A stretch of DNA of 64,000 nt. Source: Octopus vulgaris. Lineage: Eukaryota. The position numbers were made by a program, and so were the translations under genes. Positions 50,671 to 64,000 of this stretch are shown piece after piece; position 1 is the stretch's first letter; every line of letters begins with the position of its first letter. The notes under the pieces are model-generated. The model was given only the letters and a program-made list of their open reading frames with translations. It searched no databases and had not been told where the DNA came from. Where the stretch lies: positions 165,416,001 to 165,480,000 of the forward strand of contig OX597815.1 in the NCBI GenBank assembly GCA_951406725.2, given 5' to 3'.

Positions 50671-52049
50671 TATACCAATCCACTTGAAATATTAGCAATG
50701 CGTGTTTTCTGTACAGGTATAAATCGCTTAAGGAGAGGAAAGAATGAGAACAGAAACCTTTATCTTTACCTAAATACGGTTTGTCAGGGGCGAAAAAGTG
50801 AAATGGTAACAGTCAGAAGTCAAAACAGTTACAAATCAGTAGTAACTGAATTGAAGCTTCATTTTAAACCAAAGTAGATTTATTTATATTCTTTGGTGAA
50901 AAAATATGCTACCCACTAGCAGACGTCAGAAATACAAATATATAATTACATTTATAATTAGGTCTGGCCCAACGAATTCTGTTTTTAAGCTAAATAAAAC
51001 AGAAAACAAACAGATGTATTGTTCATTATAAGCCGTGTTTGATTTTTTTTTTGCCGAATAATTGGCACGAAGCAAAGTTTGTTCTTGCATTTGTATTCTT
51101 CAGGCTGACCTTCTCCATAATGCTGTATTTTGAACCACTGACAGTGAAGTGAATATCCATTTTTTTTATTACAAGTAGTGATTTCATTAATGTATTGACT
51201 CATGAGAAAAAGTCAAGGAAACGATTTATTATATTAGTGTCTACTGATAATTGTCGTAGACATAAAGTTCATCCTCGAGCCTACATATTTAGGATCAAAT
51301 GCATTGATCTCACTGATAACACCCCTAGAGGAAAGTCCCTTGAATAGTCAGGTACTCTTGCAATAGCAGCTAACCAGTCAGCTCGTTATTCAATGAAGCC
51401 TCTAAAAATATTCCTCTTCTTCACCTGTATAGAATCTGTCATAAACGGCAACACTGCAGTTGACGATGTAGTATGAATATTTGTTGCCAAAACCAGCTAG
51501 GCTTTTGGATTATTTATAGAAGACATAAAATAGTTACAGAGAAATTTATGAACAGTATTGATTAGTTTCCGATGTACAACGCTAATCAGTTGTTAGTTTA
51601 TTAAATAGATTTTTTTTTTTTGCTCAGAATATAAAACTTTTTCATTCTGACATAATTTTACAGATTTTTCAAATTATGTGACTAGAACCAACAATAACTA
51701 GATTCAATGTCTAATTTATAGCATAGGAATATAATTGATTAAATAAACTTCATTATTCAAAGTGTACCAAAACTTTTTAGCTTTGTTTAGAAAACATTCC
51801 AGTGTTTATCTTTTGTGTTTACAAAGTAAGTCTATTGGAGATGTAGACGGTGAAATGAACAGGGTAATAGGTAACGAATGGAAATTCCGGTGGTTTGTAT
51901 CTTGTTCTTTAATAGATTTGTATAGTGTTGCGCAAATGAGAAATGGTTCATTAGCTTGCACCAATGTGTTCAATTCCTTCTGCTGATGCGAAAATAAGAA
52001 GCATAGACCTGACCAAACTGTCCTTCCTAAGAAATACACTACTTGATTC

Positions 52050-52480
52050 TGCTTATTCTGTTTACATTTATAGACTAGAAACATGAAACAAAAAATTAGG
52101 TAGAGACTCTTTGAAGATGATTTTTGATTCACACAGTTTTCAATACATATCAATGACTAAACTGTGAATCATAGAAAGAATTGCAGTTCGAAGATCGATT
52201 AATTTCTATTACACATATTGCTGATATTTCCGCAGTAGACCATAAATCTGTCTAGATTATTTTGTATAATCTTCTAGGCAATCAGAAAATGACCGTCAGG
52301 TGTATGAAATGGATTTTTATAACGAGTGAAGACCAAAGAGGAAAATAGGTTCAGAAAAGTTCTATGATATTGTTCTAGGATTAGTGTATTGTTTAATAAA
52401 AGGAGAAAATCTTTTAATGAAGAGATTCTCATTAATGAGACTTTTGCATGATAATCCATTCTCAAGTTCTTTGCACAAAA
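52050..52480 (+). mobile_element. Very degenerate mariner transposase fragment
   Basis: KLGRDSL / EDD...LGNQKMTVRCMKWI...EDQ / EENRF...ILINET, colinear with mariner G..S.ED, KVSARWVPR.LT and TGDETW motifs. Confidence 0.4.
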
Positions 52481-52589
52481 CACTGAAGTTCACCACTACA
52501 CCCCCACCACCACCTCCACCACCTCCACCACCACCACCACCACCACCACCACCACCACCACCACCACCACCACTCGATAATAATAATAA

Positions 52590-53040
52590 TTGCAATACCA
52601 GGCACTGGCTCCCATGGCATCTGATCTTAATAGATTGGTAGTGTTATCATGTACATGTTTTGTCTTGGTATAAAAGATGAGCTACAGCAAATATTCTGCT
52701 CAATACCACAGAGTTACTGTTCATTTGCCTGACCATAACCCGTTGAGTATGTCCCTTGGTGGCTGATTATATGTACATCTCTGATTATAAGTAGAAGTAA
52801 TGGGGGAGCAACATAGCCATGTGTTGAGAGGAATTCTTTGGAGCCTGAATAATTCACCTCTGGAAACATAGGTGTTTCGTTTCACATCTTTAAACAACCC
52901 ATATTCTGAGACACTTTGAGCGGGTTGGGCTCTGGATCTGAAGAAAATTCTAACTGGGCCCCACCTGCAAGGTCATGCGCTGTTTATCTTGACATAAGGT
53001 CAGTCTGTCATGCACATATGGTTATGATGCATGGTTATGA
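52590..53040. mobile_element. Second, truncated copy of the (AAT)n-associated ~560-bp repeat
   Basis: Colinear with 15035-15478. Confidence 0.85.
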
Positions 53041-53044
53041 TTGG

Positions 53045-53201
53045 GGGGGGGGGGACTGGTCGATGACATCGACCTCAGTATTTCATTGGTATTTAGTTTA
53101 TCGACTCCGGAAGGATAAAAGGCAAAGTTGACCTTGGCAGAACGTAGCAACGGACGAAAGTGTTTGCCTGACATGCTAACGGTTCTGCCAGCTCGCCGTT
53201 T

Positions 53202-53236
<35 letters not shown>

Positions 53237-53445
53237 CGATGATGATGATGATGATAAATAATTCTTTCTAAATCTGGTAGAATGCCAGTAATTTTTAGTG
53301 GGAATTCGATTACATCAATCTGAGTGCTCAACAAGAACTTATATTAACAACCCGAAAAGGAGTAAGGCATAGTTGACCTCGGCGTGATTTAAAGTCAATG
53401 AGTCAAAGAAAGCCGGAAGAATTGCCGCTAAGCATTTTGTTCTGC
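53045..53445 (-). mobile_element. Two SINE A copies
   Basis: AAAGGCAAAGTTGACCTTGGC...GCTAACGGTTCTGCCAGCTCGCCG (53045-53200) and a degraded copy at 53262-53445. Confidence 0.75.
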
Positions 53446-53459
53446 GCACAAATAGTAAT

Positions 53460-54660
53460 AATAATGACTATAACTAAAACCCCACGAATTTTGAAAAAAC
53501 ACAAAAAACGGTAAGGTAACAACAAGCAGAATCGTAAACCTGGTCACTGTAAACTTTGTGAAAACAGATGTGAACATCAATATAACTAAGAATAAACCAA
53601 ATAATCTAATCAATAGTCTTGGCAGTTACAAAGGAAAATGGGTAGATCCTCAAAGTAACTGACAGGAATATCTAAACACAATAAAACTACATAAAAAAAT
53701 CATAAAGACAAAGAAAATAAATGTAAAAAAATACATCCAGCTTTTAATGAAATCGACAGCAAAAATACCAAACTGAATAAAAACGAGCAAGCAAACAAGT
53801 AAATACTACTGACGGAGAAAATATAAAAAGTACCCAGAATCAAAGAATTCTTGAAAGAGAACATTGCTAAAACCACGATTAATCCGTCGTTATGAAAAGC
53901 AAAGCGATTCTTTGAACAACTGAAACAGATCGACTCCACTGTAAAAGGATTTTTTTTTTTATATCAAGAACCTGATAAAAACAAAATAGAACCAACTCAA
54001 GTGCTAATAGCAAGAGTTGTAGAGAATTTAGAGGAGGATTATGAGCAACAAGGGATATCCATGGATGGTAATGTTAAAATAAAAGCAATAACAAAAACAG
54101 GAGCCAAGGGGTTACAAAATATGAGCAGCTCAAAAGCCTTACGAAGTGATAAAGTTTCTGGTTTAAATATATATCAAGCATGAAGAAAGGGGTAGCAAAA
54201 ATATCATTTAATGGGCTATTGAAAGATTCAGAAACAACTCCTCACTTAGTTCTCAAGATTAAAGATATAGCATCATCATGCAAATAACAAACACAAAAAT
54301 TATAGATCCATAATTTATTTTTGTACAGTATATAAATCGTTTACCTTCAATAACATTGCAGAGGAATAACAAAACTATATAGAAAACAGCAATTAAATTC
54401 AAGATGAACAGAGGTAATGCTACAAAGAATGATATAGTTGTGAAGATCAGTTATGGATAAACAAACTCATAACTGAATATTACAGGAGAAGAAGGGATTG
54501 AGTATGGCATGCATCGCTTACCAGGAGTCCCTTCCAATGTTCTCATTGCATGACTTATATAAACGCTAGATATGAGTAAGGTGTCACCGATTATAAGTAT
54601 GTACATTGACATACAATTCTACAGATAAAATAATAGAAGGAATTGTAAAACCGAATACAG
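53460..54660 (+). mobile_element. Decayed R4/Dong-like LINE, N-terminal part of RT
   Basis: KALRSDKVSG...KNYRSIIYFCTVYKSFT...QDEQR*CYKE*YSCEDQLWINKLITE...SMACIAYQES, resembling KAPG, NYRPITCL, EQKGC..GCKDQLLINK and SMAWIDYKKA. Confidence 0.72.
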
Positions 54661-54924
54661 TTTCTACTTGAAGGGCTTCAACTATATTTGAAGGGCTTCA
54701 ACTAACCTCCTTTTTTTCACTATCGTGTTAACACTTCGGCAACATGCTAAACCAGCCAACACTTAGATACAAGTGCTATGAGAGTAAAATCAGAAAAAAT
54801 TTTGTTTATAGACTACCTCAAGCTGTATGTTGCATAAATGCTACACGTATTTATTAAAGGAAATATGAAATATGGCCAAGAAAAGTATGCCAAGTGGTAC
54901 TGTGAAGAGATAGATATTAAAAAT

Positions 54925-55145
54925 GGTTTCAAATTTTGGTACAAGACCAGCAATTTCGAGAGAAAGATTAAGTCAATGGATCCAGTCAATTACATCGACC
55001 CTAGTGCTCAACTGGTGCTTATTTTATACGAAATGATGAAAAGCAAAGTGGACTTTGCTGGAATTTGAATTCAGAACGTTAAGGCGGACGAAATGCCGCC
55101 AAGCATTTTACCCGGCGCGTAACGATTGTGTCAGATAGCTGCCTT
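54925..55145 (-). mobile_element. SINE A
   Basis: GGTTTCAAATTTTGGTACAAGACCAGCAATTTC...TTACATCGACCC...GAATTTGAATTCAGAACGT...GACGAAATGCCGC. Confidence 0.85.
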
Positions 55146-55603
55146 GTGATAAATATTAATAAAAGAAAAACAGTTATGCCAGATGACATCAGTAACTGTT
55201 ACAAAATATTGGTGGCATTTTATCCTATTCTCTACTTCTTCCACTGTTTAACTCTAATGTTCATGTGAAAACTGTTATACAAGCAACATTTTGTATTCAT
55301 CTGTATTTTACGTGCATACGTATTTCATATACAGGTTTAATATTCTGTTTAATTACAAACTTGTATGTCTTGACGAAGGTATGAATACATATGAATTAAT
55401 CTGTATGATTCTGAAGATTTAAGCTTGTGTATGTATGCACGCATGCGTAAATGTGTGTGTGTGTGTGTGTGTATATATAAATTTAAAATGAATATGGTAC
55501 TTAAGTTGAAGACACCAGAATTTAGTATGGTATTATCCATATAATTTAAAATAATGTGATTATAATCAAAGTTGCTTATATACATACATACATACATACA
55601 TGT

Positions 55604-55678
<75 letters not shown>

Positions 55679-56387
55679 AATACATGAATCTACTTTTGTG
55701 TTTATCTGCTTAGTTTTATGATAGTATGTATATCTGTATGTGCGGATATTTATGGATATTAACTAAGATTTAAAACACCTACACAAAATGATTTCTTACA
55801 ACCAGCACCCTACTGATGTGATTGGAATCATGGCTATGATGTACTAAATTGATAACACACACTATGACAAGAAATGAACTTTCACGAAATCCATTTTTAC
55901 TCCTCAGGGCGCCATAATTGATGCACTCAACAAATATTCCACGGAAGTCAAAGAAGGACATTCCGCTAACTAAAAACCCGGAGTGATAGGAATCAATAAA
56001 TGTCCAGCAACATCTACGATTCCTGCAGACTATTGACCGTGAATGTTGGACCCAAACTACGACTTGATGAAAATAATTAACCTCAAGGAAGGGATGTCAA
56101 CCGAGTGTCAACCAAATTTGCTTCTCCCTTTTGTATCTCAGCAGTTAATCCAATATCGTTCCTCTCTTTCGTGTCTCAACAGTTAATCCGATATCAGCAT
56201 TTGTCTGTATGTACATCTTGAGACAGAACGTGAACAAATATTATTATTTCGAATCGACTATTTCTAAGAAATCTTTTGATGTAAGGTAACTTCACGTTTT
56301 ACAGAAACCAGAATAATAACAACAACAACCAAAACCTGGTTAGATGTTTTGAGGAATAAGACACAAGCACCATAAAAGTATGATAGT

Positions 56388-56760
56388 ATCTTTTATCGTT
56401 TACTTGTTTCAGTTATTAGACTGCGGCCATGCTGGGGTACTGCCTTGGAGAATTTCTAGTTAAATGAATCGATACCAGTACATTTTTTTTCCTTTAAGCC
56501 TGGTACTTATTCTATCGGTTCCTTTTACCGAACTGTTAAGCTACAGAGACGTAAACACACCAACGGCTTTTGTAACACACACACACACAAACACACACAC
56601 ACACGATAGGCTTCTTTCAGTTTCCGTTTGCCAAGTCCACTCACAAGGCTTTTGGTCGGCCCAAGGCTATAGTAGAAGACATTCACTCAAGGTGCCATGC
56701 AATAGAACTGAACCTGGAACCATGTTGTTGGGAAGCAAGCTTCTTACCACACCGCCACCC
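56388..56760 (-). mobile_element. SINE B, near full length
   Basis: TTTACTTGTTTCAG...GCGGCCATGCTGGGG...CACTCACAAGGCTTTTGGTCGGCCC...GGGAAGCAAGCTTCTTACCAC. Confidence 0.9.
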
Positions 56761-56856
56761 CTGTATTTTCGCAAATTCTCTTCTAATTTACGAATACTTT
56801 ATGCAGAAGCCATTTCTTAATGGCGAAAATCACGAAAACAACGATGACAGTCATAT

Positions 56857-57072
56857 TGGTTTCAAATTTTGGAACAAGACCAGTAATTTCAGGTGAGGGG
56901 GACAGTCGATTACATCGACCTCAGTGTTCAACTGGTACTTATTTTATCGACCCCGAAGAGAAAAAAAAAGAGAAAGTCAGCCTCCGTGGAATTTGAACTC
57001 AGATCGTAGAGACGGACGTAACACTGCCGAACATTTTGGCAAGAGTTCTAACAGCTCAACCAACTCGCCGAC
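56857..57072 (-). mobile_element. SINE A
   Basis: GTCGATTACATCGACC...CTGGTACTTATTTTATCGACCCCGAA...GGAATTTGAACTCAGA. Confidence 0.85.
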
Positions 57073-57461
57073 CTCAACGGTGATTCATATTAATAATCTA
57101 TTATTTCTAATAATAATCATTATAAGTAATAATAGTTGTAATGGTGGAGAGAGTAGTTATGGTGGTGATGCTTGTTATGATTCAAACAGTGGTGATGGTA
57201 GTACTTGCAGAGATGACGAATTCCACTACTGCCCTAATACCTACTGATAATGATGATAATGAGAGGAGAAGAAAGAGCAGAAGGAATGCAGATATCTCAA
57301 CGTTGTGTTGCTGATATTAGCGCTTCTGTTTTTGAATGTAGATGATAGTAATAATAAAAAATATAATATAGCTAATACATAATGCATACACACATACACA
57401 TATATATATTTATAAATACATATATACATATATGCATACATACATAAATACATACATACAA

Positions 57462-57512
<51 letters not shown>

Positions 57513-57823
57513 CTCATATATACACACACATATATACATACATATATATGTAATGCATATATTATTATAATTATTAGGGAATATTACTTCCGAGAACACA
57601 GGAAAAAGACATTCAAATTCGATGTACTAAAATGAACATCTCTCAATGTTTAATTCGTATATATAAAAGTTTAGTAGAGACAGAACCACCTTCGACTCAA
57701 TGAACACCGAAAGATTTTATACCCGACCAGTTCATAAAATGTAAAATATTAAATCGAATACTAACTATATCTATTCTGAATCCGGTATTTTCCGTTTAAA
57801 AGACTACACGTGTTTCATGAAAT

Positions 57824-57957
<134 letters not shown>

Positions 57958-58012
57958 ATCTCTTTGTTGTCTACACGACCTGTATTCGCCTTTTGTTTTT
58001 TTTGTGAATTCT

Positions 58013-58051
<39 letters not shown>

Positions 58052-58196
58052 TAATATATACGTTTTTATTATTATTTTGCAATTTACTTAATCATCGGTA
58101 TATTATTGTCATTTTAATTTTAACATTTCCATTATATGTAATTTTCTAGATGGTGTAATTTAATTGTTCACTTTGAATTGATAAAAGGTGTTTTTT

Positions 58197-58269
<73 letters not shown>

Positions 58270-58639
58270 CACATACATATGTATGGTATGTATATGTCTG
58301 TTTGAGTATGTGTGTGTGTGTTTGTGTGTGTTTGTGTGTGTGTGTAGTAATCATGTGAGAAAGGAATAGGGTATATGCATTCGTCGAAACCTTCAATGTC
58401 AAACATGGTGGTGACCATGATAATGGCGCTGGTATCGACGATAGCAGTAGCTTTGGCAATGACGATGTGTTGTGGAATGTGTGGTCGTGAATATGGGTTT
58501 TCAATACTGTGATTTAATACTAGTGTATCTGAATCTATGTACAAGAGGTAGCGATGGGTAGAGGCGCAGAACAAACTGGGCCACTGACTAAATGACAAAT
58601 GGAGCAATTCTAATGAAACAGGAAATTATTCATTATGAA

Positions 58640-58670
<31 letters not shown>

Positions 58671-58766
58671 GCTACTGATTTCAAAGTGCTTTGGAACTTA
58701 ACTGACAGATAATAAGAGAGGCGGGGTTGAGAGGAGTAGAAAACAGAAGAAAGAAAAATTGAAGGG

Positions 58767-58767
<1 letters not shown>

Positions 58768-58830
<63 letters not shown>

Positions 58831-58995
58831 GGGTAGAGAGAAAGAGAAAGGTAGAGAGAAAGAGAAGGGTAGAGAGAAAGAGAAAGGTAGAGAGAAAGAG
58901 AAGGGTAGAGAGAAAGAGAGAGCTAGGTTGGGGGAATAAGAGAGAAAGAGAGAGCCAGGCTGGGGGAATAAGAGAGAAAGAGAAGGGTAGAAAGA
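58768..58995. repeat. (GA)n grading into an 18-bp purine minisatellite AGAGAAAGAGAA(G/A)GGTAG
   Basis: Directly visible, five to six units. Confidence 0.9.
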
Positions 58996-59149
58996 AAGAG
59001 AGTGGGAGGAAGGTTACGAGAAGGGAACGGAGAGACAAAATGAGCTTGCAAAAAGGAGATAGATGCGCAGAGAAGTAGGATAGAGACACTAGTAGAGTAA
59101 AGGTTTGAAGCAATTATTTCTTTTTTTGTTTTGCTTTTTGTTTTTTGTA

Positions 59150-59370
59150 TATGGCGCAGGCGTGGATTTGTGGGAAGACGTTTGTATAGGCACAGGCGTA
59201 GCAATATGGTAAGAAGCTTCCTTCCCAATCACATGGTTTTCTGGTTCAGTCTTACTGCATGGCACCTTGGGCATGTGACTTCTACTTATGGCCTCGGGCC
59301 GACCAAAGCCTTTGGAGTGGATTCGGTTGACAGAAACTGAAAGAAGCTCGTTGTGTATATGTATATATAC

Positions 59371-59411
<41 letters not shown>

Positions 59412-59640
59412 TCTTAGTGTCTGTGTTTGTCCACCCTTCTGCTACCACCGCTTGACAACCGGTGCTGGTGTGTTTACGTCCTCGTACATTAGCGGTTCAG
59501 CAAAAGTGATCGATAGAGCAAGTATCAGGCTTTAAAAAAAATACGTGCTGGGACTGACACATTCGACTAAAAAAATTCAATGTGGTGCCCCAGCATGGTC
59601 GTAGTCTAATGACTGGAACAAGTAAAAGATAAAAGTTACA
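59150..59640 (+). mobile_element. SINE B, full length, with duplicated head
   Basis: GGCGCAGGCGTGG... then GGCACAGGCGTAGC...GGCACCTTGGGCATGTG...(GT)n...GACTGGAACAAGTAAAAGATAAAAG. Confidence 0.92.
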
Positions 59641-59756
59641 AGATACAATAAAAAAATTAAAAAAAAGAAAAGAAAAGAAGTAACAAAATATGAGGTTCGT
59701 TTAATTAATTAAACTTATCGCTGCAAACCATTGACAATACTTTGTACTGTTATCTA

Positions 59757-60571
59757 CGAGAGTGGGCTGAAAAGTTCATAGGCTGACCACGATGCAATGG
59801 TCAAACTCGAGCAACTGTGTTTTATTTTTCGACATAGTCTCCCCTGCGGTCCATTTATTTCTCCCATCGATGTTGCATCGCTTGGATTTCAATGGTATAG
59901 AAGCCCTCAACCTGATCCTCGAAAAAATCTTTAACAGCAGATATGACCTCATCATCGGTTCGATATTGCTTCTCAGCCAAGTGTTTTTTTCATGTTGGGG
60001 AACAGAAAATAGTCAGATGGTGCCAAACCAGGAGAATATGTAATGTGATCAGCCAGTTCACAGCCGCGCACAGCAGCCATTGCAACCACAGACTTGTGTG
60101 CAGTACCCCATTAGCTGTCTGATTAACATCTGATTAAACGTTTGTCATCCATCACCATGTGGTGAAAACGTCGATGTTTTCTTGGGTGGTGGCTGTGGCA
60201 GGGCGTCCAGACTTCGAGTTATCATCAAAACTCTCCCTACCCTTCTTGAATTCAGCTGCCCTCTTTTGTACAGTTGATAAAGCTGGAACATCATTCCCTA
60301 ATGTAGCAACCGTATCAGCGTGAATGTCCTTGGGGGCTAATTCCTTTTTCTGCAGATATCTAATAACACCACGGTGCCAAATTTTACCAATTTTCACGAA
60401 ATGTCTCTAGTACCACTTTTCCAAGTCCTCAATTCCGTATCCAATGTGAGTTTATCTGGAAAGAAAACAAGCAGTTAGCATCAGTAAAGGTTGAATTGAA
60501 TGCACACCGAGTTTAATTACTGCATGATAACTCCTTCCTAGTCAGCCTATGAACTTTTCAACCTACCCTCG
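59757..60571 (-). mobile_element. Internally deleted mariner element with TA TSD
   Basis: TIRs CGAGAGTGGGCTGAAAAGTTCATAGGCTGAC / GTCAGCCTATGAACTTTTCAACCTACCCTCG; ORF 60152-60397 (HRGVIRYLQKK...TVQKRAAEFKKGRESFDD..SGRP) is the transposase N-terminal HTH; most of the catalytic domain is missing. Confidence 0.92.
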
Positions 60572-61052
60572 TACATAAAGAAATCAGTAGAGAAGGGGAA
60601 AACAAACGTATGAAAATAGAGGAGACTGGAGAAAATAGAATACTGTATGTATGTTTATGTGTCTGGATAAGAAATAGTAGAGTATATAAAGTATTGAACT
60701 ATATGGCCTACAGTTTACATCAGCTTCAGGTCTTTCGTGTGAGTTCTTCATTTGTGTGCGCCTTACTTCATAGTTTATTAAACACAACAACGAAGAGATA
60801 GTAACAACAAAAAGACTTATCAAGAACAGCTTTATATTAATGCCGGTGTGTATACACATTATGACTGTATATACAAACGTGAAACGTGTGCTGTTCCACC
60901 TTGTATACACATTATAAGTGTGTATACAAAATGGAATTTTATTTATTCTAAGTTTGTTTCGAGTGCGTGTATTAATTCTTACTTGTAATCTGCTTGAAGT
61001 ACTGGAAGAAGATTTAGAAATTAGCCCTGTGCAATTGAGAGCTTCAGACGTA

Positions 61053-61166
<114 letters not shown>

Positions 61167-61633
61167 TACACATACACACGCACACACAAGCAAACAGACA
61201 CACGCATGATTTATCAGTGTCATCGAGACAGAAAGTGTTTATAGCATTTGCGATACGGATATGGATCAAGATAATTAAGTCAGTAATGAATGCTATTTAA
61301 TGTTCTATAATCTATACAATTTATTCTGCTGCAGGTTTGTAGACGAATAGAGAATACGTACGTCCACAGCAGATTCGAGCATATCAAATTATTGTATAGC
61401 CAATACATAAAACTCAATTTTTTGTTATCATTTTACTCATCGTATTAATCTACTGATGACAATAGCCAATGATAATTTCGAAGTAAAAGAATACTTCAAA
61501 AACATAGCAGAGCTATTGATTTCAAATTTTGGTACAGATTTCTACAACATACCATGCATCTCCAAGCAATCTTTCAGGCTCGGTGCATGCCGTTAGAACT
61601 ACTTGAAAGCTAGGATGCTGTTCTATCAGAAAA

Positions 61634-62025
61634 TCTCTCTATATATAAAGCTAAAGTTGTCTGTGTATGACAGGTTTGGTAGCCTTTAACTAACACTATC
61701 TCCTCCGAGACCCTGCGGCACAAGTTGGCCAAAATTGAGAATATGATAGAAGAAAACACTCAAATATGGTAGAAGAAAACACTCAAATCGGACCATGTTA
61801 AAAACCAAAAATTATTTACATCAAAAATGTGCTTTTCTCTATGAAAATCCCTATTTTTTTACGATTTTTTTATTGCTGTGTCGCCATTTTTCAATGTATT
61901 TCAACCAGAAAAAAATGTTCACTTAAAGAGAATAACAAGCTACATAATGCAACATTTTTACTTTTCAAAAATTCCAATTCTAAAGAATCGAAACGAACCC
62001 GAGCAACGCCGGGCGATACTGCTAG
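61634..62025 (+). mobile_element. Non-autonomous Helitron
   Basis: Starts TC(TCTCTATATATAAA) after an A; ends with hairpin CCCGAGCAACGCCGGG then CTAG before a T; no TSD. Confidence 0.85.
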
Positions 62026-62149
62026 TATAAGTAAGAACGGAAAGAAAAACGCGAAGAAGGTTGATGCAGAAAATGGGACGAGGATGAAGAATAGAAAAGT
62101 AAGAAAACCAAAATTTTTGACCCCTTTGTCTGTAGAGTTGGCTGATAGT

Positions 62150-62470
62150 CGGATCCGTTCTACACGAAAAAACAGTTGTTCACCTGTTCCCAATATTTAG
62201 ACCCTGAATAATGAATGATGCGTGACAAACGATTTCGCCGCTGGTCTGTGCACAGTCTCTCTGGAAATGTCCAATAGTGTTGTCAGGCGCGGAACTTCTA
62301 AAAGTTGCCCATAGTCACTCTGAATGTTCTCTGGAGTATACAATCCAGATGACACTCATTGTCTCCTAGAATATCCTTGAGAATAACAAACTTCATCGCT
62401 CTTACCCACCAGTAATTCTCTGTAGTAGTATTTCACAGATTTCTTTTATCGCAACGGATCCATTAAAGTG
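62150..62470 (-). mobile_element. Possible very old Tc1/mariner fragment
   Basis: Minus strand TPENIQ...QLLEVPRL..LDISRETVHR resembles the second HTH of Tc1/mariner transposases. Confidence 0.3.
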
Positions 62471-62619
62471 TTCAAAATGTATGCGCGCTCCCCTAAAAAG
62501 TTTTTTTAGCTGCTTAGATGAATATAGTAGAAAACCATCACAAGTTTTCATAAACTACATTTATTTTGAAAAATATATACATTCTAAAAGGAAAGAGAAA
62601 TAAACAAAGTCGATGGGAT

Positions 62620-64000
62620 GAACATAGTTTCCTTCTTTTATAAATAAATCTCTTTGAAGTCTGCTTTAATGGCAGAGATCTGAATTCTCATATCTGCCTA
62701 AGCATTTAATCTATTACGATGATTAATTTTTTTTTATTGTTGTATATGTCGAAAATCCTTCCTCACATAAACAAGTATTTGAAAGGCGAGAAGTACTTTA
62801 ATAGCCTTTCCTGAGAGCTGTGGATATACATCTTTTATAGTATACCAAAATTCTGAAAGTGGTAATTTTTTTAATGTAGCTTTTAAAGTGAAATCTGAAA
62901 CGCCGTCAATAAACTTCATATTCCGCTGTATTGAAATTCTCTGCTCTTTCTTGTACATTGAATGGATCTCTAATCCTAGTATTATTTTGTAGTATGATAC
63001 TTTGATCATTTGGAAAGTAGTTACTTACTGAATAATAAAGATCAAAACGATGCATTCCATCGAAAAGCATTAAAAGAGATCATTTGCATTAATGTCACGT
63101 CCCTAATTCGCCGGAAAACTTTTTTAAAACGAAAGCTGTCAAACTCACGGTCTGTTCTGTACGCAAGCTTTCCAAAATTCTAATTTAATTTTCATGGGCT
63201 GGATTTTATCCTTGGTGGCAAAAACTGTTGCATACTTTTCTTGCAATGATAGGATAACTACATTCATTTTTGAAAAAAATATCATCATTATAACCAGACA
63301 TTAGCAACCATCTCTTATCTGTGAATCATTCTTTGAAACGGAAAAAATGCTTCGTATTGCTCTGGTGTCTTTCGTTGTGTAGTAGACGAGATTTGTGTAT
63401 TTCTTATTCATTGTGTAGGAGATTATTACAATTCATGTTGTACGGTTTAGTTGTAATAAAATTTGTAACACACAGTCAATTTGAAATCTATTATTTTCGA
63501 CAACAGTTCAGTAGCGACATCTAGACAACCAAGCTACACCACGCTGATAAAGAGCAGTCACCAAGACACCGGTCTGTGGGTGCGAGGTTGTGCTAGGTGG
63601 AGGTGCTGTCCTCCCCTGTTCGAAAATATAAGGACATAGAATTTTCTGTGCCGTAGAGCCAGCTGGAAGCAATGTTTCCTGGGGCTAAATAACAGTAACA
63701 TTCGTCCCGTCTTGGGACTGCCACATTATGTTGGCAAAAAATCAAAATTTGTAACCTTTATTGGCTAAACAAGATCTAGCATTTATTTAACGGCGAGTAC
63801 ATGGCGATGAGAATGCAATGACAATATACCAGTTTAGAGACATAAATTTAATCTGTTGTAGGGCACCGGTAGACCTACACAGTATTTGCTCTGTTAGTGC
63901 AAACATTCAATGTTGTTGTTCCGTGGTAAACTGTTCACTTCAAAGAAGTTATTTAGTAATTTGAATATTTCAGCATTGTTTGTGTTGCACGGCCACGAAC
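62620..64000 (-). mobile_element. Decayed hAT (Charlie/Buster-type) transposase, C-terminal half, running off the window edge
   Basis: AEIFKLLNNFFEVNSL..VCT...HCIL / RHVLAVK...DIFSKMNVVILSLQ...KDKIQ..KLEFWK...SDFTLKATLKKLPLSEFWYTIKDVYPQLSGKAIKVLLAF / TCLCEEGFS...RNRLNA / ADMRIQIS (hAT dimerisation domain). Confidence 0.85.
63525..63773. mobile_element. Unclassified ~250-bp insertion in the hAT relic, with ATCTAG duplication
   Basis: ATCTAG at 63519-63524 and 63774-63779; removing the insert joins AVK*ML to DVATELLSKIIDF. Confidence 0.6.

Overview
AT-rich eukaryotic DNA dense in microsatellites, reading as intronic or intergenic. The SINE families and repeat landscape suggest an octopus (coleoid cephalopod) genome; this is inferred from recognition, not from a search. 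I found no intact host protein-coding gene, and almost all ORF-track entries are translated microsatellites or transposon relics. The window is a layered set of mobile elements. It holds several restriction-like-endonuclease (R4/Dong-type) LINE fragments beside (AAT)n or other trinucleotide tracts, RTE-type LINE relics and two Penelope-like elements with GIY-YIG remnants. It also holds a full-length decayed mariner (16935-18212), a full-length decayed Tc1 (36226-37500), a deleted mariner, a hAT/Charlie transposase relic, MITEs, two non-autonomous Helitron-type elements and about 35 SINE copies from three tRNA-derived families. The most interesting hidden layer is a set of minimal type I hammerhead-ribozyme (HHR) motifs in short elements, most of them beside (TA)n tracts. 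These include a perfect 118-bp palindrome encoding an HHR on each strand (35990-36107), an HHR with a very long stem II (29074-29165, minus) and three motifs with the covariant U3-A8 core. All family calls come from manual translation and motif recognition, and element boundaries are approximate unless terminal repeats or target-site duplications are quoted.
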